The notes beneath the pieces were generated by a model. It ran no database searches and was not told the DNA's origin. It saw only the letters and a list, made by a program, of their open reading frames with translations. Made by a program: the position numbers and the translations under genes. Shown piece by piece: positions 44,471-55,700 of a DNA stretch of 64,000 nt. The stretch is taken from assembly GCF_036971445.1 (NCBI RefSeq), contig NC_091480.1, positions 61,692,001-61,756,000 on the forward strand. The letters are read 5' to 3'. Position 1 is the first letter of the stretch. Each line of letters begins with the position of its first letter. Origin of the DNA: Narcine bancroftii (Eukaryota).

Positions 44471-47400
44471 GTGAGGAGCAGGTCTCGGGGGGAGGCGGAG
44501 AGGAGAGGAGAGGGGAGGGGGCGGAGAGGAGAGGGGAGGGGAGGGGAGGGGGCGGGGCGGGGAGGGGAGGGGGCGGGGAGGGGAGGGGGCGGGGAGGGGA
44601 GGGGGCGGGGAGGGGAGGGGGCGGGGAGGGGAGGGGGCGGGGAGGGGAGGGGGCGGGGAGGGGAGGGGGCGGGGAGGGGAGGGGGCGGGGAGGGGAGGGG
44701 GCGGGGAGGGGAGGGGGCGGGGAGGGGAGGGGGCGGGGAGGGGAGGGGGCGGGGAGGGGAGGGGGCGGGGAGGGGAGGGGGCGGGGAGGGGAGGGGGCGG
44801 GGAGGGGAGGGGGCGGGGAGGGGAGGGGGCGGGGAGGGGAGGGGGCGGGGAGGGGAGGGGGCGGGGAGGGGAGGGGGCGGGGAGGGGAGGGGGCGGGGCG
44901 GGGAGGGGGCGGGGCGGGGGAGGGGAGGGGGATTGTTGGTGAGGAAGGGTTGGGGGCCAGGGGGGGAGAGGAAGGGGAGTGGGTTGGGTCGGTGAGGGAC
45001 AAGGAGGGGAGGGGATGGAGGGACAAGGGAGGGAGAGAGTGGGGGGACAGGGAGGAGAGGGAATGAGAGGACGGAGGACAGGGAGAGGAGTGGGGATTGG
45101 GAACAAGGTGGAAAGGGGGTGGGGAGACAAGGGGAATGGGGTTACAGGGAGGGGGGTGGCGATGGGGGGTCAGAGAGGTGAGGGGTTGGGTAGGGGACTG
45201 GGAGAGGGGAGGAAGGGACAGTGAGGGAAGGGGGTGGTTGGGCGGACAGGGAGGGGAGGAATGGTGGGAGGGAGTAGGGTGGGGGTGTCAGGGAGGAGAG
45301 CAGGAGTGGTTGCGGTGGGATGGGGTAAGAGAGCGGAGGGGTGATAAGGGACAGGGAGGGGAATGTGGGATAGACGGGGGGGGGACAGGGAAGGGGTTAT
45401 AAGGGATGGGGAAGGAATTATAAGGGGCGGCAGGGGTGGGGAGGGGTTTATAGAGTGGAGGGATAGCGAGCGGGAATGGGGTGGAGTGGAGGGACAGGGA
45501 GGTGGAGAATGGTGGGTGGAGGGGGAAGAGGGGTGGAATGGAGGTTCAGGGGGAATAGGCTGTGAATTGTAGGGATTTTGAAATGGGCAGGGGGAAGGTT
45601 GGGGCAAGGAGGGTGAAGGGTGGGATAAAAATAAGGGTGGAGATGTGTGTGAAACGTGGAAGTGGAGGTGGTGATGGGGAAGATTGGAGAGGAGAGACAA
45701 TGGGGAGAAAGGAGGATTGTGAGGTATTCCCAGGAGGGACATGGAAGGGTGGAGGGCCAGTCAGGCCAGGGGAGAGGGGCAGTGCGGAGGACATGCGGTC
45801 GGCCATTTGAGGAGGAGGGGCGGTTGTTGATTGTCCACTCTGCAGCAGATCAACGAACTGAATCATGTTCCAACGCCAGTCATGTTGCTGCCTGACGACT
45901 TCAAGGCCAACAGCAAGATCAAAGTCAGCAACCACCTCTTCAACAAGTGAGCACATCGGCCTTTCACTGTCACTGCACGCACTTCACTGGGCCCTGCCCA
46001 GTGATCGTTATTCCCTTCCGGTAGAGGGTGTTCAATTCCACTCCCCCACTCCTCTCGGTGGTGGGATTCAATGGCCCCTCCTACCCCCACCCCCCCCCCC
46101 CCCCAGTATTGGTATTTGATCCCTCACCCCAAAAGCAGTGGGATCTAGTCTTCCCCTTCCCTTCCTCCCAATCCCCCTCGCCTAGTGGGAGGTTATGGCA
46201 ATGGACAGATGTTTGCGGGGGAGGGGACCTGGTCATCAACTATGAGAGGGTAACTGACACTAGACACAGTTCCCTGAATGGTGTCCGTGTTCTGCTTCTT
46301 GTCCCTGTGGAATTGGATCATCACAGCCAACCTCTCTCTTCCTCTCGACATTCAGGGAAAATCTCCCAAGCAATTTCAAGTTCAAGGAATATTGCCCGCA
46401 AGTGTTCCGGAACCTGCGTGAAAGATTTGGAGTTGATGATATTGATTACCAGGTGGGTGTTGGGTCTTTTTCCTTGTCCTCGGAGAATTCCATCACATTT
46501 CACTCTGTCTGATCCCGGGAGTGTGCGATGGGACGGTGTGGAGGGAGCTTCACTCTGTGCCTGACACTCGGAGTGTGTGATGGGACGGTGTGGAGGGAAC
46601 TTCACTTTGTGTTTGATTCTGGGAGTGCGTGGGTGGGGGGAGAGGGGAGTTTGTGAGGGGACAGTGGAGTTTGTGAGGAGATGGTGGGGGTACATGTTAA
46701 CACAGTGTAGCAAAAAAAATCCAGACACAGTAAACCTGAATCTCTGATAGAAATACAAGGAAACGCCTTTGGTTGGGGAAGATAAGGGTATTCATTGTAT
46801 CACTGTTGACCGAAGGCAGCTCATCCCTTGCGTTGTAAACAGAGTCCCGTCTTCCCCAGCCCACTCAGGGAGAATGGAACTGCCGCAGGCTATGCAGAGA
46901 CTTCCTCTGCTGCAGGGGTTAGGTCCAAGAACTGTTCCACTCCTCCTGCCCTAGAGGCCTGTCTGGAATGTGGCCTGTTGGGGAGGGGGTGCTCACCTCC
47001 TTTACACCATCATCATCTATGAGTTCTGTGTCAGGGAGCACTATTCACATGGAGTATGAGGGACAACTCCTGGGTATCCCATGGACTGAATTTGGGTCAG
47101 AATCTACACTGATGGTGCACACCATTTCTGTGACATGACTCAGTCTCACCAACGACAGGAGTCCCTGCACAAAGGGATGAGGGAGCAAAGTCTGGGGGAA
47201 CATCTCTGAAGCCAAACCTTCCCCTCTTATGGTCCCTGTTCTCTAGGACCATACCCCGGCTCAGAAGAGGGATGTCACCGTTTTTTTTTAATGCAGGCTT
47301 ACATGCAGGCACTGAGACTTCCATGGCAGAGGTGACCTCTGCCCCTGTCTTTTTCTCCCACGTTCCCCTTCAATGGATGTTGACCCTCCGAGGAAGCTGC

Positions 47401-49643
47401 CACACTAACCTTGGGCTCGGGGGTTGGTGCAGACACTGACCCATCTGGGGAGGGCACTCCCTTCAAGGTGTTTTTTTTTCTCTCGACCTTTTTTCCCCTT
47501 GGACGATTCTCCCCACTCCTATCCTGTTTTGCACCATGTCTCTCATGGGAGTAATGGGTACAAGGGGTGCAGGATTGGTGCCAGTGGCAGAGTTGGCCTT
47601 TTGGAGCTGGGGGTTACAAAAATGACCCACTCTTCTCCAATATAGCAATGCAGAAGGAAGGTCCACAGACCAGTCAATCCGCTCCATTTTTTATCTTGGA
47701 CTGGATGATGTAGCTCCTCTTTGCTGCTTTCTGTCTGCCAGGAGCAGGGACACCTGATGTTGAAGGAGCAGATGAGCCTGAGTTAAGACTCTCAATGCTG
47801 AAATGGGATTGGGGAGATCTCCGACTGCACAATTCCAGGAAGGTGCAGGTTGGGGAGAAGACGATCATTAGGATTGGTGGGCAGTATGTAAGATGGGATC
47901 ACCTGCTGCTCAGCAGACTCAAAAGGGTCCATTCAATCCCCTCACTCGCAACTGGTCCTGCCACCTTCGCCTTATGCAGGTGAATCACAGATTTCCCTTC
48001 CATCCCGCACTTGCTGCAATGCCAAAGGAGTTGCCTTTGCATATTCACCCACTGAAAGAGTTGGGGGCACATAAATCTTAACCACATTCTCATCTGCCAG
48101 TGATGTGAAAGAATCCCAGACCATTAGGGCTGCTGAAGTAATTGCTGCTGCATAACTCCTCGACAGCCCAGGTCTTTTGGAAGGTCTCTGGTATATTTTC
48201 GAAAAACAAACGAGACCATTGTGTTAAAAAACAAAAGTTCAAAACCGGAGAGGGAAGATCTTGTGTGATTAAAGTCACTGCTCGGGGAGGAGTCACATGA
48301 TGGAGTAGTTGCCGGTCGAGGAACTCCAGCCCTCTCTGAAAAGTTTAAAAAAAACCAGAGAAAACACAAAGGCACAAACAAGAAAATTAAAATAAAGTGA
48401 AAGTAAAGGTGGGAAGAAAATGGCAATGAAGAAAGAAAAGTCGAAAGCAACGGGAAGAAAAGAGGAAGAAAAGACATCGGAAGAAGAAGGCGAAGGCCTT
48501 ACCTGTCCGAGGAGGCCCGCTGTGGAGAGAGAAGCCCGCTCCCTCAGGTCAGTCGAAGTCCCGAGCTCGGGACTACAAAAATGGCTCGCGGAGCCAAGCA
48601 AAAGTGCGCAACCGCACATGCGCAAGACAAAAAAAACACTGACGGGAGGGGGGACCAGCTGAGGAGTTGATCTCCACAGCTGAAATTGACAGCCACAACA
48701 CAGCAGCAAGAGGAGAACATAGAAAACAACGAGAACAAGAAAGAAGAGAGTAAAAGGAAATCAAAGAAACAACAGATAACCAACCCAGAGGAAGAAGAAG
48801 AGGAAGAACACAGAGAAATGGAAGAAGAAGGGAAGGGCAAGTACATGGATATATTTTTTTTAAAGAATACATGGAATCAATAAAAGAATGGCAATCACAA
48901 GAATTTAGTGAAATAAAAAGTACAGAAGAAAAAATGAATAGATTAGAGATGGTCATGTCAGATATAGGAAAAAGAGTGGACAAGGTGGAAGAACGAGAAA
49001 CGGCCGTAGAAATGGAAGTAGAGGACTTAAAAAAAAAAATTAGAAGATTCTAATAAAAAAGTTAGAGACACAAGAGCTGTTAGCTCAGAAGATAGATATA
49101 ATGGAAAATTATAATAGAAGAAATAATATAAAGATAGTGGGCCTTAAGGAAGATGAAGAAGGCAAGAATATGAGAGAATTTATAAAAGATTGGATCCCCA
49201 GGGTCCTAGGAAGAACAGAATTAAAGGAAGAAATGGAAATAGAAAGGCCACACAGAACATTAGCCCCTAAACCACAACAAAAACCAAGATCCATTTTAGT
49301 AAAATTCCTAAGATATACAACAAGAGAAAATATATTGGAGAAAGCAATGAAGAAAATAAGAGAAGACAAAAAGCCACTGGAATACAAAGGTCAAAAAATT
49401 TTTTTCTATCCAGATATAAGTTTTGAACTCCTGAAGAAGAGGAAGGAGTTTAATACAGCAAAAGTGATCCTATGGAAAAAAGAATATAAATTTATGCTAA
49501 AGTACCCAGCGGTACTTAAAATAGTTATTCCAGGGCAGCAAAACAGACTATTCTCGGATCTGGAGGAAGCACGAAAATTTGCAGAACAACTACAAAACAG
49601 ACAGAGATGAAGACATGTAACGAGAGCAAAAATGACCACAAAC

Positions 49644-49706
<63 letters not shown>

Positions 49707-52700
49707 ATATTTAAAAGAAAATATATAGAGTATAGATAAGAATTAATAAGGGAAAGTAAGGGAAGAGAGGAAGTAAGGAGGGAATTAAGAGAGTGACCTT
49801 TGTTATATATGAAGATTAAAATCTTTTCTGGGGGGGCTGGGTGGGGAAGAATTACGGTCACTGCGAAATCAATTGACGTTTGCGAGTGATTTCGCAAATC
49901 CAAATGGAGAGTGGAGGTGTGGTTGCTCGACAAGGGACAAAGGGCAACTCAGGAAGGGGAGGGGATAATGGGGTTAAAGGATTTTTAGATAGGAGAATAA
50001 TGGAAATATTTTATGTTTTAGAAATGTTGTCTTATAATGTCCTTTTTAAAAAAAAAAGAAAACAGAAATGGATAAGAAGGAAAGGTGATGATGAGGAAAC
50101 GGAAAGGAAAGATAAACAAAGTATAAGATGGCTATGTTGAATTATATGACTTTAAATATTAATGGAATACATAACCAAACCAAAAGGAAGAAACTGTTAA
50201 ATTTATTGAAAAAAGAAAAAATTGATATAGCATTCATACAAGAGACACACTTAACCGAAGTGGAACACAAGAAATTAAAGAGAGATTGGATAGGACATGT
50301 AACAGCAGCATCATATAATTCAAAAGCTAGAGGAGTAGCTATATTAATCAGTAAAAATGTACCAATTAAAATAGAAGAGGAAATAATGGATCCAGCAGGG
50401 AGATATGTAATGATAAAATGTCAGATATATTCGGAATTTTGGAATTTACTCAATGTATATTCACCTAACGAAGAAGATCAAAAATTTATGCAAGATATCT
50501 TTTTGAAGATAGCAGATACGCAAGGGAACATACTAATAGGAGGGGATTTCAATCTTAACTTGGATTCAAACATGGATAAAACTGGAAAAAAAATTAATAG
50601 AAAGAACAAGTAACCAAATTTATAATTAAATCGATGCAAGAAATGCAACTTTTGGATATATGGAGGAAACAACACCCAAGGAAAAGGAATATTCATATTA
50701 TTCGGGCAGACATAAAACATACTCAAGAATAGACCTATTCCTGTTATCAGCTCACATACAAGAGAGAGTTAGGAAAACGGAATATAAAGCTAGACTATTA
50801 TCAGACCACTCACCCCTGTTATTGACAATAGAGTTAGAGGACATCCCACCAAGAATGTATAGCTGGAGATTAAACTCCATGCTACCTAAAAGGCAGGATT
50901 TTAGAGAATTAATTGAACGACAAATTAAAATGTACTTTGAAATAAATATGGAATCAGTGAAAGATAAGTTTATACTATGGGACGCAATGAAAGCGTTCAT
51001 CAGAGGGCAAATAATAAGTTATGTAACCAAGATGAAGAAGGACTACAATCAGGAAACAGAGCAGTTGGAAAGGGAAATAGCAAATATAGAAAAAGAATTA
51101 GCAATGAAGGAAGACACAACGAAAAGAAGAGAATTGGCAGATAAAAAAATAAAATATGAAACACTACAAACATGTATGGTGGAGATGAACATAATGAAGA
51201 CAAAACAGAAATATTATGAACTAGGAGAAAAAACGCACAAAATTCTAGCGTGGCAGCTTAAGACAGAACAAACTAAGAGAATGGTATTGGCATTAAGGAA
51301 AAAAGACAAGCAAATCACATATAATCCAACGGAGATCAATGAAAACTTCAGAGAATTCTACGAACAACTATATCAAACTGAAAACGAAGGGAAAGAAAAT
51401 AAAATAGATGAATTTTTAACTAAAATTGAACTACCGAAATTACAAACAGAGGAACAAAATAAATTAACAAAAGCATTTGAAATAGAAGAAATACAGGAGA
51501 TAATAAAAAAAACTACCAAGCAATAAAACACCAGGAGAGGATGGATTCCCAATAGAATTCTATAAAACATTCAAAGACTTATTAATTCCTCCCCTTCTGG
51601 AAGTAATCAACCAGATTGATAAAACACAAAGCTTACCAGAGTCATGTAAAACAGCAATAATTACAGTAATACCAAAGACAGGGAAAGATCCACTTATACC
51701 AGTTTCATATAGACCAATATCTTTACTTAAGACAGATTATAAGATAATAGCTAAACTATTAGCAAACAGATTAGCCGACTATGTACCAAAAATAGTAAAT
51801 CTAGACCAAACTGGATTTATTAAAAAAAGACGAACAACAGGCAATATATGTAAATTTATTAACTTAATTCATGCAGTAGAAGGAAATAAAACTCCAACAG
51901 TAGCGGTTGCTTTAGACGCAGAGAAGGCCTTTGACAGAGTAGAATGGAATTATTTATTCAAAGTACTACAAAAATTCAGCTTACCAGAGAAATATATTAA
52001 TTGGATTAAAGCATTATATAAGGGGCCATTGGCGAAAGTGACGGTAAACGGATATATATCAAAACAATTTAACTTAAGCAGATCATCAAGGCAGGGATGC
52101 CCAATATCTCCTTTACTGTTCGCATTAGCCATAGAACCACTGGCAGAACTGATAAGAACAGAAAATAAAATAAAAAGGATAAAAATAAAAGACAATGAAT
52201 ATAAAATCTGTCCATTTGCAGATGACGTTATAATATACTTAGTAGAACCAGAAATAAAAGAATTACATAGGAAATTGAAGGAATATGGAGAAGTGTCGGT
52301 GTACAAGATTAACGCAAATAAAAGCAAAGCAATGCCAATGAATAATGCGGATTTCTTAAAATTTGAGAAAGAATCACCATTTAGATGGCAAACGCAAGCA
52401 ATGTGATATCTAGGTATACAAATAAATAAAAACCTCGGCCATCTATATAAACTCAATTATTATCCACTAATGAAAAAGTTACAAGATGACTTAGAGCATT
52501 GGAAAGATTTACCACTAACACTGATAGGAAGGATAAACTGTATTAAAATTAACATTTTCCCAAGGATACAATATTTATTTCAGACATTACCAATACGATT
52601 AACAGAGAAATTTTTCAAGGATTTAAAGAAAATAATAAGGAAATTTTTATGGAAAGTTGGGAAACCGAGAATAGCACTAGATAAATTAAAAGAATGGTAT

Positions 52701-55700
52701 AAACAAGGAGGCTTACAACTACCAAACTTTAAACATTATTATAGAGCCGCACAATTAAGATACCTATCAGATTTTTATCAAACAAGGGAAAAGCCAGATT
52801 GGACTAGATTAGAACTAGATAAAATAGGGGAGAAGATACCTGAACATATATTATATAAATGGGATGAAAAATTGGTACTACGTAGAAATTCACCGGTATT
52901 GCATCATCTGCTCAACATTTGGAAGAAGATTCATGTAGAAAGGAATAAAACAAATTACCAACTACCAAAACTAATACTGACGCAAAATCAGCTAATCCCT
53001 TTTACAATAGATAACCTTTCCTTTAGAGAATGGGAGAAAAAAGGGATCAAAAGAATAGAGAATTGTTTTTCGGGAAATAAACTATTATCGTTTGAACAAA
53101 TGAAGGATAAATATAATATAACTCACTATACAATGTTTGCATACTACCAACTGAAAACCTACTTCAAGGACAAATTGGGAAACAGTCTGAAGTTACCAGA
53201 AGGAAGTAATTTTGAATATGTGATTACAGATACAATGATAATCAAAAAATTTATAACAAACATGTATATTAAACTACAAGAAAAGGAGAACGAGGAAACA
53301 AATGGTAAAACTAAACAAAAATGGGAACAAGATCTAAGCATAAAGATAAAGAATGAAACATGGGAGAAACTATGCTCCGGAACCATGAGAAATACAATAA
53401 ACACAAGATTACGTACGATACAATATAACTGGATACACAGGTTATACATTACACCTCAAAAGTTAAATAAATGGGACCCAACAGTATCAGACAGATGTTT
53501 TCGCTGTAAAAAGGAAACGGGAACAACATTTCATGCAATTTGGACATGTGAGAAAGTGAAAAGATTTTGGGAAGATCTAAACCAGACTAAATAAAATCAC
53601 AAAAAGCAATATACCAAAAAACCCAGAGATCTTCCTCCTAAGTAATATAAAAAACAAAGAATTTGGACTTGATTTGGATGGAGCACAAAAAAGATTTGTT
53701 ATGATAGCCCTAGCTGTAGCAAAAAAATGTATTATGTCAACCTGGAAATTAGAAGATAATTTGAGGATACACAATGGTATATAGAAATGAATAAATGTAT
53801 TCCATTAGAAAAAATAACATACAATTTAAGAAATAACATTACAATATTTGAACAAATATGGGAGGCATACATGAAACACAATAGAGAAAACCTACCGTGG
53901 ACATCTACCACCTAAAATGACAGAAGGAGAAGATAATGAAATGAACTGACTCAGTGGAATTTCTTGTTTATTTTTATTGAGTGACAACATTGTTTAACGG
54001 GTTTAATGTATCTTAGATTCTGAACTTTAAATAAGTGGGAGGGGAGGAGGGAAGGGGGGGGAGAAAACGACACTATATATTTGAAAAGGAAAATGTTTGT
54101 ATCTTGATCAATATGGTTTATAGTGTGAAAAATAAAAAAATTTTTAAAAAGTCACTGCTCAAATCCAAATATGGGTGGGAGGGAGGGATGAGGGTAAGAG
54201 AAGGGTGTGTGATGACCCCTGCCTCTGGTGGGGGTGGGGGTGGGTGACCTGCTGTGATTGGGGTTTTTCGTGCAGATCTCGCTGACTCGCCAGGCCCCGT
54301 ACAGTAACAGGGAGAGTCGCACATCCATGCTCTTCCTCAGCAGCTACGACCGGAGGTATGTGATCAAACAGATCAGCAGTGAGGACATCGCTGACATGCA
54401 CACCTTCCTGTGTGACTACCACCAGGTGAGGGTTGTTTTTTCTCCCCCCGTGTGCTGGTGAGGGGGCGAGGCGGTAAGGGATTGTCGATGTGGGGCCAGG
54501 GTCATCGATACGGGAGTGGCAATGCGAAGGGTGTGTTGGTGTGGAGGGAGGCTCAGCAGGGAGGGAACCCTGGGACTGGCGGTGAGGAGGAGTTTGGAGG
54601 GAGGGGGCAGTGAACAGGAAACGTTGCATTGTTGGGAAAGTTGTCATGCCAGTGCTCGTTGCCCCATTTGGTGTAGTAACCTATCCCACTTTGTTCCTGT
54701 AGTACATTGTAAACTGTCACGGTAACATGGTGCTGCCTCAATTCCTGGGCATGTACCGACTTAGCGTGGACAGCGAGGAAACATACATGCTGGTGATGCG
54801 CAATGTCTTTGGTCACAGGCACACCATTCACCGGAAATATGATTTGAAGGTATGTTGTAAAGATGGGAACTGTTCACACTGCTCCTGGTGTGGTCCGACC
54901 CAGGGATACGGGGATGGGAACTGTGCACGGTGCTCCCGGTGAGCTCTGACCCAGGGATACAGAGACGGGAACTGTGCACGGTGCTCCTGGTGTGGTCTGA
55001 CCCAGGGATACGGGGACGGGCACTGTGCACGGTGCTCCCGGTGTGGTCTGACCCAGGGATACGGAGACGGGAACAGTGCACGGTGCTCCTGGTGTGGTCT
55101 GATGAAGTGAATTGGGAACTGTGCACGGTGCTCCCGGTGTGCTCGGTCTGGGGTTTTGTGACATTGGCGCACAAAGCTAGCAATTATTTCTTACTTTGTT
55201 TTACAGGGTTCACTTGTTTCACGTGAAGCCAGCGACAAGGAAAAGGTGAAGAACAAAGTCTATGCGCACACAGCCTATGTTGTGATGTGCCGTGCTGGAC
55301 CTCAGGGACACCACACTAACTCCTGGTGACCCTGCTTGTCCATTGTGCGTCTGCCCCTAGCACAGTCACCCGTTGCTGGGCAAGGGGGTGCTGCACACGA
55401 GCATCAGTGTCACAGTGGGTCGTGCCTCTGCCACCTCCAGACAGGATTTGATCAGGTGCTGTCTATGTGGAATTTGCACATACTCACGCCAGGGGAGGGG
55501 ATCTCTGCTCTGACATGTCCCCCCACCTACCCCCATCAGGGGAGGGGTCTCAGCTCTGACACCTCCCACACCTACCCACATCACCAGAGGGGGACTCAGC
55601 CCTGACCTTCCCCTTCCCACTGCAATGGGAAGATCCTCAGCCCTGACATCCCCCTTCCCAATGCAGGGGACAGAGTCTCAGTCCTAACCCCCCTCTTTTC

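Noticed and set aside
44255..45130. Gly/Arg-rich and Pro-rich ORFs of 190-260 aa
   Set aside because: Read-through of exon 1 into an intronic G-tract; only 44315-44470 is coding
46750..48270. Possible decayed LTR-retroelement interior
   Set aside because: No recognisable protein motif or termini by eye
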